A stretch of 64,000 nt of DNA from an uncultured Gammaproteobacteria bacterium (GCA_964452565.1 CAYVLY010000001.1:643053-707052), one strand, 5' to 3'; positions 38,384 to 48,446 are shown, numbered from the stretch's first letter. The notes: generated from the letters alone by a model not told the origin. Translations and numbers: made by a program.

Positions 38384-39019
38384 ATGTACAACCTCCTCCT
38401 CGTACTGTTGCTGATTGCAGCCAGCTTTGCTCAGTCTCGCCATGCACCCCCTCCGGTGCAGCAGGCACCGGTGACGCAGGCCCATCAGAGTTCGTATTCG
38501 ACCATGATCGATCGGAACCAGATGGTTCCAGGCCGGTGTTATGTTGGCATGCAAGTCACTGGTGCTGGTGCTGGCTGGTTCGAAGCCACCCTCACCAACG
38601 ACACTCCTGCGCCGGTTCGTCTGACCATCGATGGCATCACTGTGCGTGTGTGGAAGCCCATGCAGATGCTTGCTCAGACCGCAGATGGCCAGCAGACTGC
38701 TGTGACGCGGCCTTCGACCGACCGCGTGGTCGTGAACAATGGCGGAGCTGACCAGGAGAGCTATGTGCTCAACCCTGGCGAGCGCTGCCATATGGTGCTG
38801 CCAACCACGCAGCTGGACAAGGCTGGGCGCGCACGCTGGCTCGTGGTCATGGAACAGCTTCGTGCCGTGAATCCCAACGGTCAGTACGCCACACTCGGCG
38901 TACAGGGCAGGCTTCACACCACCGAACACTCGACCATGTTCAGTGTGAACGACTGGTGGGTCATGTTCCAGACCAACAGGAAGACTCTGAACTTCCGGTT
39001 CAGCACCAAGTTCCGCTAG
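38384..39019 (+). CDS. hypothetical secreted beta-rich protein (GC-rich ORFan)
   Basis: GGAGGAG RBS, signal peptide. Confidence 0.75.
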   Translation: MYNLLLVLLLIAASFAQSRHAPPPVQQAPVTQAHQSSYSTMIDRNQMVPGRCYVGMQVTGAGAGWFEATLTNDTPAPVRLTIDGITVRVWKPMQMLAQTADGQQTAVTRPSTDRVVVNNGGADQESYVLNPGERCHMVLPTTQLDKAGRARWLVVMEQLRAVNPNGQYATLGVQGRLHTTEHSTMFSVNDWWVMFQTNRKTLNFRFSTKFR

Positions 39020-39105
39020 CACTTCTCCGCATTCGTCCGTCCGCCGCCCCTCCTCTTGGAGAGGGCGGTTTTGCTTATGTAAAAAATCCCCGGCAGAGCC
39101 GGAGA

Positions 39106-39171
39106 TTTTTGTTTAATATGTTTAAGTTGTTCAAATGTTTATTTTGGAGTCAACACTTTAGACAAGTGAGG
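39106..39171 (-). repeat. right arm of the 66-bp inverted repeat
   Basis: reverse complement of 35687-35752 with one mismatch. Confidence 0.92.
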
Positions 39172-39193
39172 CGCAGCCGAGCGATTAAACATC

Positions 39194-40582
39194 TTAATCG
39201 CCTTTCTTATACGTATCTGACACCTGTGAGGCTGCTGCACTCATTGTATTATCTGGATCTTCCACACCTGCAAGCACTGCATCGATCAATCCTTCAAACA
39301 CATCTTCCATAACACCTGCGTCATATCCGCTGTACCAGCTTTGTGCCGTTAGAGTTTGTTCTGCAAAAGCACCAAGCAATATGTCGTCCAGCTGTGCTGC
39401 AATAAGGTCACGTAGAGCTGTTGGCTTTTGAGCTTCTTCAAGATAATTCACAACCTGCTCCTCTTCTGTTGCAAAAAGGATAAAGTTCCACGCCCATTCT
39501 GGGTTTTCACTTGAAGCAGAGACACACTCCACCCAGTAGTTCGCAAAGTTAACCTCACGACCACCAGAGATCTGAGGAACTGTAGTGATTCCATAGTTTA
39601 ACTTTGGTGCCGCTGCTTGCAGGAGCGGGATGTGGTAGCTATATCCCAAGAACATTGCGGTCTCTCCATTTGCAAAGCTCTCGAACGAGCTATCAAAGTT
39701 ATCATTCCATGTGTAGACTTCTTTGGTAGGGTTTGCAAAGTCAGTATAAAAGCTTGCAGCGTCATAACTTGGGTAAACATCCTCTGGTGCATCGTCTGGA
39801 ATCTCATGGAATTGCACTCGCCCACGTTCATCTATCATCTGCGATCCATTTTGCATCATCAAAAGTGAAAGAATGTCTGCTGCGCGCTCAACATTTTCTG
39901 AAGTCCCCAGGGCTGCCCCTGATTGTTCGACGTTTCCGTCGCTATCATACGATGTAAGAGCAATGACATCCTCTTGGAACTGGCTCCAGCTCTCTGCTGG
40001 GTTAGCGATGCCCGCGGCATTTAAAAGATCCTTATTATAGAAGAGCGCCAAACTATCCATTGACATTGGCAGACCATAAATCATTTCTACAGGGTCAATG
40101 TCTGGGTCTGGTTGATAGTCAAGCACAACATCATATGCGACTTGATCAACAAAGCTGGACTCAAGCTCACGCATACTCATTGTCGCATTTGTTCTTGAAA
40201 CCACCACAGTCTCTTTACGCAGCGTTCCCTGAAGCTCTTGATATGTCACCGTTGTTGAACTTGGCATTGGTTCAAGTAATACCTGATATGCAGGTAGCCA
40301 TGTATTGTGAAGCGAGAGAATGTCAGGACCTCGATCTTCAGCAAACGCTTGAATAAGCTCATCTTCGTACTCATCAAACCTAAGTTTCTTATATTCGATG
40401 CTGATGTTTGGGTGATAAGCGCGATAATTGTCCACGATAACATCAAATGTATCGTCATCATCAAACACGCGCCAAATGACCAAGTCGACATCCTCTAGAG
40501 AAGCTGAGCTTCCTGATCCCCCACATCCTGCCCCCATGGTGAAAAGCAGAACAAGTAAGAGTAGTGCGGCTAGTTTTTTCAT
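39194..40582 (-). CDS. ABC transporter sugar-type substrate-binding lipoprotein
   Basis: lipobox GAGC, GPDI, IYGLP..D.LALFYNKDLL, FANGETAM. Confidence 0.9.
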   Translation of the reverse strand: MKKLAALLLLVLLFTMGAGCGGSGSSASLEDVDLVIWRVFDDDDTFDVIVDNYRAYHPNISIEYKKLRFDEYEDELIQAFAEDRGPDILSLHNTWLPAYQVLLEPMPSSTTVTYQELQGTLRKETVVVSRTNATMSMRELESSFVDQVAYDVVLDYQPDPDIDPVEMIYGLPMSMDSLALFYNKDLLNAAGIANPAESWSQFQEDVIALTSYDSDGNVEQSGAALGTSENVERAADILSLLMMQNGSQMIDERGRVQFHEIPDDAPEDVYPSYDAASFYTDFANPTKEVYTWNDNFDSSFESFANGETAMFLGYSYHIPLLQAAAPKLNYGITTVPQISGGREVNFANYWVECVSASSENPEWAWNFILFATEEEQVVNYLEEAQKPTALRDLIAAQLDDILLGAFAEQTLTAQSWYSGYDAGVMEDVFEGLIDAVLAGVEDPDNTMSAAASQVSDTYKKGD

Positions 40583-40583
40583 A

Positions 40584-41453
40584 TTACAAAAGAGATTTTA
40601 TAAATTTGCGCATTTCTGTCTTGAGTTCTTTATGCTCAAGTGCAAGCGCGATATTTGTTTTAAGCCACGATTCTTTTGTCCCAGTGTCTCGATATACTCC
40701 ATCAACGATTTTGATATACATTGGATGTTCTTCAGCCAGCTTGGCAATAGCATCTACCAGCCAAACCTCACCACCTTTACCGCGTTTAGTTTTGTGCAAA
40801 ACACTGAAAATTTCTGGAGGTAAGATATACCCTCCAACGGCCGCAATGTCAGACTTAGCTTTTTCTGGTCCAGGCTTTTCAACAAGTCCCTTTGCCTGCC
40901 AAACGTCTTTATCAACCTCTGCCACAGGATCTGCAATCGCAAATCGTTTCTTGCCTTCGTCTCCAACCTTGAGCCCTGTTAGAACAATATCTTCGTATTT
41001 GTCATAAACATCAATGAGCTGCTGAAGATGAGGCTTTTTCCCTCCAGAAAAGAATTCATCTCCCCATACAACTGCAAAGGGCTCATCACCAATTACATGT
41101 TCGGCATTTAATACTGGTGTCCCATTTCCATAAGGACCTTTCTGACGGATGTATGTGAAGTTCGCCATGTCTGCGATTTTTTTGATGCGCTCACGGATGT
41201 CGTCTTTTTTTTGCTTTTTGAGCCAGGCCTGAAGTTCGTAGTTGTAGTCAAAGTGATCCTCCACCGCACGCTTTGCCGCACCAGTTACTAGAATGATGTC
41301 TGTAATTCCACTATCAACTGCCCCCTCCACAACGTATTGTATAACAGGCTTATCAATAATCGGCATCATCTCCTTTGGCATGGCCTTTGTTACGGGAAGG
41401 AATCGAGTTCCATACCCTGCCACTGGAATCACAACTTTTCTTATTTTTTGCAT
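40584..41453 (-). CDS. galU: UTP--glucose-1-phosphate uridylyltransferase
   Basis: VIPVAGYGTRFLPVTKAMPKEM, VEKP. Confidence 0.93.
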   Translation of the reverse strand: MQKIRKVVIPVAGYGTRFLPVTKAMPKEMMPIIDKPVIQYVVEGAVDSGITDIILVTGAAKRAVEDHFDYNYELQAWLKKQKKDDIRERIKKIADMANFTYIRQKGPYGNGTPVLNAEHVIGDEPFAVVWGDEFFSGGKKPHLQQLIDVYDKYEDIVLTGLKVGDEGKKRFAIADPVAEVDKDVWQAKGLVEKPGPEKAKSDIAAVGGYILPPEIFSVLHKTKRGKGGEVWLVDAIAKLAEEHPMYIKIVDGVYRDTGTKESWLKTNIALALEHKELKTEMRKFIKSLL

Positions 41454-41614
41454 AAAATTTGAGGGATTTAAGTACATTGATTATATCAGAGCGGGCTTTG
41501 TGGTGAAAGAAAAATACCAACACCTTTCTAGGATGTGGTGGGCAGTGTGATTGACATGTATGAGGTGTCGTGATAGCTTATTTACTCACCTTAAGCTGGG
41601 AAACGGAGGTAAAA

Positions 41615-42385
41615 ATGACCCAGTCACGAGATGAGAGAAAGGAGTTTCTCCGACAGGAGATGCTGCGCGATATGGAAGTCGGCATGGAGGCCGCGCGTCG
41701 GCAGGTTGGTGGGGCTGCCAAAAGTGGCGCCCACCCACTCAGGGTCTTCGAGATTGCTGGTCGTATGATGCACCAGTCCCTTGCAGAGAGGTTGGAGCTC
41801 CAGGAGGGTGACGAGGAGCTCATGCAAGAGATAGCTCGTGAGGAGCATGCTCACAGGCTGAGGTCTTCTATTGCCGGCTTGACCGAGGCCGCCAACGAGA
41901 TCAGCGCCCATTGGGGTCCGATGACCCAGCAACTTGAGCGTGATCGACAGGGTCCGGTGAACATCCAACCTGGTGATATCTGCGCTTTGCCAGGTGTGAT
42001 AGACAAGGAGAGGGACGCGCTGAAATCCACCGCACTGTATGTGGTTGATCGAGACGGGGATACGCTCGTTGTCTGTCCGCTGCATGTTGACATAACCGTG
42101 CATGGCATCAAGACCAAGCGCGACTACGATGTTGTCCTTGTTGGTAAGGATAGCCCCCTTTCTGCGTTTCCGACGAGCAAGACGGCCGTCCGGCCCTGGT
42201 TGACACGCAGGATTCCAGCGAGCGCAATCACAAATCACCCAGCCGCGCGGCTCTACGAAGAGCAGCATCAACGAGTCGTCGAGGCCTATGAGTTCAAGTC
42301 CAGTCGCCGCAAGCGGCCGTGGGCCAAGCCTGCCTGGGATGCCGCGTGGAGGTCTGTAATCCAGCGACTCGTGAGCAACAACTAG
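41615..42385 (+). CDS. hypothetical protein (GC-rich ORFan)
   Basis: TTGACA promoter at 41551, GGAGG RBS, downstream hairpin. Confidence 0.7.
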   Translation: MTQSRDERKEFLRQEMLRDMEVGMEAARRQVGGAAKSGAHPLRVFEIAGRMMHQSLAERLELQEGDEELMQEIAREEHAHRLRSSIAGLTEAANEISAHWGPMTQQLERDRQGPVNIQPGDICALPGVIDKERDALKSTALYVVDRDGDTLVVCPLHVDITVHGIKTKRDYDVVLVGKDSPLSAFPTSKTAVRPWLTRRIPASAITNHPAARLYEEQHQRVVEAYEFKSSRRKRPWAKPAWDAAWRSVIQRLVSNN

Positions 42386-42473
42386 GGTGTGATTTCCTGC
42401 AACACACTCATACGTATCAACACCCAGCCATCTCGTGGTTGGGTGCTTATAGTTTCAACAAAGAAAACTTCGA

Positions 42474-43763
42474 TCAGTTCGAGATTTTTTGTTTGTAGTT
42501 TGTTGTGATGAATCCCGCTAACAAGACCCACGTCATCACAGCAAGGTCATTTTTGAAATAGGGGACGTCGACAAGGCCGTGTATGAAGATTGTTAGTAAG
42601 GCGGCGAAGAGGGCGAGTTTGATCGGATTTCGATAGTCGATGGATCCCCGATCGGAGTCGGGGATGACAAACGAACGAATAATCAAGATTCCGAACCAGA
42701 TAAGAACGATGAGGCCGATAAGGCCGAGTTCGGTCCAGGTGTTTAGGAAAATGTTATGTGGGTATTGGAAAATTTCGTATAGGGTCGCATCGTGGTATGG
42801 CTCAAGAGCTTCTGGGTAACCATTAAGCCCAGCGCCAAAGAAAGGCTTGTCTTTCAAGAGTTCGATCATTTCGGTCCACTGCGAGATTCGGACTTGTCCA
42901 GAATAGTCTTGGAGTAAGAGTTTCTCGCGTGAGGTGGGGATCAAGAGCGAGAATAAGACCAATAGGACCGATAGGGCCAATAAGACGTATTTTGTTTTTC
43001 GTTTGATACTTGAGAATAGTAATGCAATAACCACAGCGGCTGGTATTGCAACTAGAGCGGCCTCAGTTTGTCCAAGGATTATCGCAATTACGCCGAGGAG
43101 GATTGTGAGGATCGGTAAGATTCGTGAGATCCCTCGACTGCGCTCGGGGTGGAGAAAGAGAAGAATAGCGTTCAGGGATACAATCGGCGCCAGGAAAAGC
43201 CCCAATGCATTGGGATAATCAAAGAAACTTGTTACGCGGAGCTCAATGTCCCATGGGGTTGGGATGCCGATGCCTGTAAGGTACTGCACGATTGCAAAGA
43301 TCGAAATAACGATTGCCGATAAGCTCAAGGCTTGTAGAGATCGGATCCAATCGTTTCGATTGAACGTAGTGATCATCATGGTAGCCACGAGAATTGGCTC
43401 AATGAAGTATGCTTTCCAGATTCCAAGCGCTGAGAAAAGGTCTGGCGCAACAACAGCGCCAAAGCTTGCAGCTGCAATAAGCAGAAGAGTTGGTTGGATC
43501 CATACAGTGCCTCCACCTCGAGCAAGGCGAGAGGTTTTCTTGAGAAGATTTTTTCTGGTGTTGGGACGTGATAATCGATAAGCCCAGATGATCACACAGA
43601 TCAAAATCAAAACCTCCAGGGCTGTTGAGGGAATCGGCCCAACATCGAATCGTAAAAGATAAATCGGAAGAAGCCCAGATAACAAAACAAGCGCCATCTT
43701 AAGATTGCGCCATGCAAGGATTGCGAATGCGATGAATAGGATTGTTAGGGGGAAGAGGTACAT
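42474..43763 (-). CDS. O-antigen ligase (Wzy_C) family protein
   Basis: R.TSFFDYPNAL, RISQW...PFFGAG, YPHNIFL...ELGLIG. Confidence 0.9.
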   Translation of the reverse strand: MYLFPLTILFIAFAILAWRNLKMALVLLSGLLPIYLLRFDVGPIPSTALEVLILICVIIWAYRLSRPNTRKNLLKKTSRLARGGGTVWIQPTLLLIAAASFGAVVAPDLFSALGIWKAYFIEPILVATMMITTFNRNDWIRSLQALSLSAIVISIFAIVQYLTGIGIPTPWDIELRVTSFFDYPNALGLFLAPIVSLNAILLFLHPERSRGISRILPILTILLGVIAIILGQTEAALVAIPAAVVIALLFSSIKRKTKYVLLALSVLLVLFSLLIPTSREKLLLQDYSGQVRISQWTEMIELLKDKPFFGAGLNGYPEALEPYHDATLYEIFQYPHNIFLNTWTELGLIGLIVLIWFGILIIRSFVIPDSDRGSIDYRNPIKLALFAALLTIFIHGLVDVPYFKNDLAVMTWVLLAGFITTNYKQKISN

Positions 43764-43779
43764 AGTTAGTTATCGAAGA

Positions 43780-43859
43780 CCTCCCCTGGCCCCTCCTTCG
43801 TAAGGAGGGGAACCGAAATCTTGACCCTCCCCCTTACGAAGGGGGAGACGGAGGGGGTT
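43780..43859. repeat. GC-rich palindromic doublet
   Basis: cccctccttcgtaaggagggg and ctcccccttacgaagggggag in inverted arrangement. Confidence 0.7.
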
Positions 43860-43863
43860 TTAT

Positions 43864-45303
43864 CTATGGCTGGCTTATTGGTGGCTTCTCTGGTAGGAAC
43901 AAGTTAATCACTTCTTTTGGCTTTGGTCCACCAAGCGCCGTTAGTGCCGCTACGTATATGATCATTGCGCAAGGTATAAGTATCAAGACATGTACGTTTG
44001 GCAAGATCACCAGAATGATGAACATCACGACACTTGCGAGGATCGCCTTGGAGAGCATCTTGAGAGATGGGAAGTACTTGCTTACACGCCAGACAACATA
44101 GAAGGTGAGAGTTCCAATCAAGGCTTCTGAGAAAAGTGTCAGCCATGCTGCAGCCCACATTCCATGGGTTGGGATGAAGTAGATATAACCAGCAACAGTT
44201 AGAACAGCAACAGCTAAGTAGCCCCATGTCATCACTTTCTGTTTATTAAGCGCCACGATCGCGTGTCCAAATAAAGAGTTCCAGAACACAATAGCTGCAG
44301 CAGGTCCTAAGATCATAAGCATACGTCCAGATTCTCTAAACTCCATTCCAGCAACGAGCTGCATTATCGGCACCCCAAGCGCAATTGTCCCAAAGATAAT
44401 CGGAGTTGCAGCAATGGACAGGAAGTCAAACGATCTTTGCATGTAGGTTTTGAATCTCTTAGTGCGTGAGGCGCTCCAGGCTGCAACAAGAAGAGGGAGG
44501 GCGATCCCCATATACATCACAGGTATTGCAGCAACCACGTCCACCACCTTATAGGCAGCTCCATAAAGTCCAGTCTCTGCATTGTCTCTAAAGATTGATA
44601 AAAAGACGATGTCACCGCGTAAGTAGATAAGGTTAAAGAAGATCGATGCTCCGATCGGCCAGCTACGCAAGATGATTTTCTTCCAAATGGCTGTGTTGAG
44701 TCTTGGCTTGAATGAAACTAGTGCTCTAGTCTGTGTGAGCATGAGCATGAGCTGGATTGCGTTTCCAATAACAAGCAACCAGATGACATCAACTACGCCA
44801 AAATCAAATATCGGAGCCAACAAAACCCCAATTAACACCGCGGTTCGGTTAGCAAGCTCAGCAATGACCGCTTTAGACATGAGCATACGTTTTTGAAAGA
44901 CACCGACAAACATCTGGGAGGTTGTTCCAAAGAGATAGGAGAATGCGCCGACCGCAATGGCAAGTTGGATAATATTATCGTACGGGAAAAAGATAGCAAC
45001 AACTGGTGCAAGTGCTAAGAAAACAATCGCGGATATTATTCTCAGGGTCAAAAGGTTTCCGAGAAGCGTTGCCTCATCTGCCTTTTTCTCTGAGATCATT
45101 TGCGTTGTTGTGAGTGTAAGGCCAAAATCGACAATCACTGCAAATATCGATAGAAACGATAGAGCAATTGTAAATTGACCATAACCTTCAACACCGAGAT
45201 GTCGAGCCAAGACTGCAACTGTAAATACACCCAGGAGTGTGGCTGCGGTCTTTCCAATGATCTGGATAGCAGCATTTTGTGCTAGCGCTTTTGTTTTGTT
45301 CAT
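43864..45303 (-). CDS. polysaccharide flippase (Wzx family)
   Basis: LARHLGVEGYG, DFGL, GLYGAAYK, about 14 TM segments. Confidence 0.9.
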   Translation of the reverse strand: MNKTKALAQNAAIQIIGKTAATLLGVFTVAVLARHLGVEGYGQFTIALSFLSIFAVIVDFGLTLTTTQMISEKKADEATLLGNLLTLRIISAIVFLALAPVVAIFFPYDNIIQLAIAVGAFSYLFGTTSQMFVGVFQKRMLMSKAVIAELANRTAVLIGVLLAPIFDFGVVDVIWLLVIGNAIQLMLMLTQTRALVSFKPRLNTAIWKKIILRSWPIGASIFFNLIYLRGDIVFLSIFRDNAETGLYGAAYKVVDVVAAIPVMYMGIALPLLVAAWSASRTKRFKTYMQRSFDFLSIAATPIIFGTIALGVPIMQLVAGMEFRESGRMLMILGPAAAIVFWNSLFGHAIVALNKQKVMTWGYLAVAVLTVAGYIYFIPTHGMWAAAWLTLFSEALIGTLTFYVVWRVSKYFPSLKMLSKAILASVVMFIILVILPNVHVLILIPCAMIIYVAALTALGGPKPKEVINLFLPEKPPISQP

Positions 45304-45386
45304 AATAGCTACAGTATAACAGTGCTCGGTGCTCGGTGCACAGCTTTGTGATGAAATATGATAAAATGTGTGTGTAATAAAAATAT

Positions 45387-46142
45387 ATGGCAAAGGAATT
45401 GAAAAGACTATTAAAATCGATTGGCCTAATGCCTAGCGAGGCAAAGGTCTATTTGGCAGCTTTGGAGCTCGGCGCGTCGCCAGTGCAGGCTATTGCAACT
45501 AAGTCTGGCATATCCCGGACAGCAGCATATGATGCGATAGGTATGCTTTCTGAACGCGGGCTTATGAGTAGCTCGATTGTCGGCAAAAAGCAGCTGTACG
45601 CATCAGAGGATCCAGAGCGGCTTGTATCTTATTTGAAAGAAGAGCAGCAAAAGTTTAAAACAAAAATCGAGGATGTTACCCGATCAATCGATGCTTTGAA
45701 GCTGTTGGGTGGCGGCGCTAAGCCGATTGTAAAAGTATACGAGGGGAAGGAGGCGCTTTCAGCGTACTTTGATTATATTGAAAGGGTGAAGCCATCTGAG
45801 TTTGATGAAATCTCAAACGTTGATGATGTTTATAATTATTTGGAAGAGAACGTTCTACTTGCTGCTAGAAAGGCATATAAGCACACACCAAAGAATGCTC
45901 GAATTTTACTCCATGGTCCTGCCAGGAATCCAAGAAAGGGCTATCAGTATAAGATGTTGCCAGAGGATTTAGAATTTAGAGGCAATATAACGATTTTCGA
46001 TAAATACATTTTCTTTATTTCATATATCGGTTCAATGACAGTCATCGTCATGGAAAGTGAAATGTTTGCAAATTCGATGAGGGCATTGTTTGAAACAATG
46101 TGGAGATCTGGGAAAAAGGCAAAGTTTATTTCAAAGAAATAG
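45387..46142 (+). CDS. TrmB family transcriptional regulator
   Basis: GL..SEAKVYLAALELG...IATKSGISRT..Y wHTH, P.VKVYEGKE. Confidence 0.9.
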   Translation: MAKELKRLLKSIGLMPSEAKVYLAALELGASPVQAIATKSGISRTAAYDAIGMLSERGLMSSSIVGKKQLYASEDPERLVSYLKEEQQKFKTKIEDVTRSIDALKLLGGGAKPIVKVYEGKEALSAYFDYIERVKPSEFDEISNVDDVYNYLEENVLLAARKAYKHTPKNARILLHGPARNPRKGYQYKMLPEDLEFRGNITIFDKYIFFISYIGSMTVIVMESEMFANSMRALFETMWRSGKKAKFISKK

Positions 46143-46143
46143 G

Positions 46144-46427
46144 AAAACCGCCGGCGCAGGGCACCGGCGGTGGCACGAAGGGTCTGTTCTAGACTCCACC
46201 CATGTTGGCCTCCTCCGAGAAAATTCAGAAGTCTTCCTATATCCGCGTTCGAAACGGTCGTACGTGGTGATGGTTTTTGACCCCGATGGGGTCGTTTGAC
46301 TTTTGATTCTCCGGTGGAGTTATGGGGGTCGTCGCATAGAACGGGATTCGCTAGGCGTTCATGACGACTCCAGGTGTTTTTTGCAGCGGGATGCCGCGGA
46401 CGAACACGCGCGCTGGGCGAGCGTGAC
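46144..46427 (-). ncRNA. putative small RNA, micro-ORF transcript or pseudogene divergent from the large ncRNA
   Basis: TTGACA(46461-46456)-17-TATAGT promoter, GC hairpin plus T-tract at 46144-46170, only 3-4-codon ORFs behind SD motifs. Confidence 0.4.
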
Positions 46428-46587
46428 CCAGTACTATACATGAAAAGTGGTTAGTTGTCAATAGGAAGATAGAAAGCTAAAAGAAGAAAGCCTGAAGTAT
46501 ACAGAAAAAACCGATGGAAATCGGGTTTTTTTTTGTTTAATTTTAGCTAAATATGCTCAAAATGAGCTATTTTTGTACATTAAGGGC

Positions 46588-46616
46588 TTGACAGATTTTT
46601 ATAGTTGTGATAGGTT
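46588..46616 (+). promoter_or_regulatory. sigma70 promoter with extended -10
   Basis: TTGACA-17 bp-TAGGTT preceded by TGn. Confidence 0.75.
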
Positions 46617-46620
46617 TCTT

Positions 46621-48383
46621 TGTTCGCTGGTGAGCCAAATAGCTCAAGCGAGCACTTTACAGCCTTAAATCGCCACCCTTTGCAGTATCCTGAGTTGATC
46701 AAGGTATTACAAAGGGGTAGGTGATGCGCTAAGCCATAATCCCTGGGAGCCACGCAGGTGGTAATGCAGTATGTCCCAATCGAGCTCATGGGTTACGACT
46801 TTAAGTCGACCCCGCCGCTGGACACGGCAGGCATCCTGATGCATGAGTAAGAATACTGCAATGACCGATATCACCCGAGGCACGCCATTCAGGCATCCTC
46901 TCCATCGAGAGTAAGGATGGGTATGTGACAGGGAATGATAGGTAAAACAGTAGGCCCTCCTATGTCCAAAGGTAGGACCGCTGAGCGTGATTCGTGTTTG
47001 GGGCGGAGCCGCATACTGCGGCCCCCCCACTTCGAAATAATATTCACTTGGTCCTCATCTGAACGTATCCCCCATGCGCGTTCAGATGAGGATCTGGAGG
47101 ATACGTGGAAACCTCGACCCCTGTTGTGTACGGCCGATAACCACCGCTGCCTTGGCAGCATAAAAGAGGCAGAAACGGTTCATCTGGAGGGTTATTAATA
47201 AAGCTATAGCCTTACCAACTGAGAGAGAGCCCTGGATTTATTCCAGGGAACTGGGAAGAGAGACCCAGTTCTCTGGAATGGATCACCAAACCCTAACACA
47301 GGAGTAGCTGATCACTACTCATACGTGTGGGCCCCTAACGGGCCAGCGAGCTTGGTTCACCACCTCTCCTTCGAAGCTTCGGTATCAAGGCAAGGTGGAA
47401 CTGACCAGCTCCAAACCTCGAGTAATAGTGACGCGGCGTAGCGGAAAGATCATCCGTCGTCACGTCACCGAACCCAAGTAGTCGAATTCGTCGACGTAAA
47501 TCTTGGGCCGCCCCTGCTAGGAGATTGACAAAGTCGATAATCTAGGAGGTGCGTATGGAAACAATAATCTATCTAAGTTATTCAATAATCATCGGAATGT
47601 TGTTAGCTGTAGGTGTATAGAATTGCAGGTAGCTGAGAGTTGATTCGATCGAATCGTTTCTCAGTTGCCTGCAAGTAGGACAATGCAGGCCAACACGCAA
47701 GGTGATGATTCTAGGGCAAATATGACGGCCCACAGTGAACAGAATAGCTTCGTGCATCTGTTAAGGATCATTCCTATATACTGGCGCTCGTTCGTCGCAC
47801 TGATTCCCAGCAAGGGGTCAGGATCCGCCCATGTCGTGGCGGGCAGTATGTAGCAAGACACTGTTAAGTGCACATGGCCCACCATAGCCGTGGCACGAAG
47901 AGAGAGTGATACATTCAGAGAAACGCGGTCGAGCGCGTATTCCTGACACCTCTTAGTCATTCCCATTTGTGTCTGTGGTTGGGCCCCTCCTGGTGGCCAT
48001 CCTTGCGCGGTGCATAGGCTCCCACAGGCATAACCTTCTTGAGCGGTAGACTACACAAGCCGAGCCTGGATGACCCATAGAGGCCATAGGGGTTGTCGTG
48101 AGACCGGCTGACCAGTAGCTACCGCAAAGCGGGTGGGGAGATGAAAGCCCCCATCTGATATTCAACCTCTTTCGCATTGGCTCTGGAGTAACACGTACGC
48201 CCCTTGGCTACCCTACAAGATACACGGGGTAGAGCGAGGAACGCGTGTCAGAGCTTCGAGAACGAGTGCGGGTGAGCCACGGGCCCCGCAACGTTCAACC
48301 CCATCCCCCTCTCCACAAGGAGGTGGTCAGGCGCAAGCCAGACCGCTTAGACCTCCAAACGTGTGTGAGGGGGTCTTTGTTTT
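46621..48383 (+). ncRNA. putative giant structured non-coding RNA (~1.76 kb), family not recognised
   Basis: no ORF over 107 aa in six frames, promoter and terminator boundaries, dense stem-loops with G-U pairs and GNRA loops. Confidence 0.65.
48349..48383 (+). terminator. intrinsic terminator
   Basis: agacctcc...gggggtct followed by ttgtttt. Confidence 0.7.
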
Positions 48384-48446
48384 GTGTGAACATCCTGTTG
48401 AAAACATATTTTATCCACCCGCCCAGGTGCGCTATAATCAAAACGC

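Noticed and set aside
37688-39022. 444-aa minus-strand ORF
   Set aside because: Antisense shadow of two GC-rich plus-strand genes that have SD motifs and signal peptides
46351-46362. Stop-codon reassignment suggested by ATG AAC GCC TAG versus ATG AAC GCC TGG at 25260
   Set aside because: TAG and TGA terminate bona fide genes here (pnp, dnaN, suhB); the similarity is too short to support homology
45944-46441. 165-aa minus-strand ORF
   Set aside because: The ATG lies within the promoter, and the ORF crosses a terminator and overlaps the TrmB gene
47525-47541. Internal TTGACA...GATAAT promoter within the large RNA
   Set aside because: Spacing is only about 5 bp, and the sequence is better explained as a hairpin
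46621-48383. Short ORFs (62-107 aa) in the large intergenic region, and group I/II intron or rRNA identity
   Set aside because: ORFs are short, overlapping, on both strands and not protein-like; no domain V, group I core or rRNA signature seen; no host gene is interrupted
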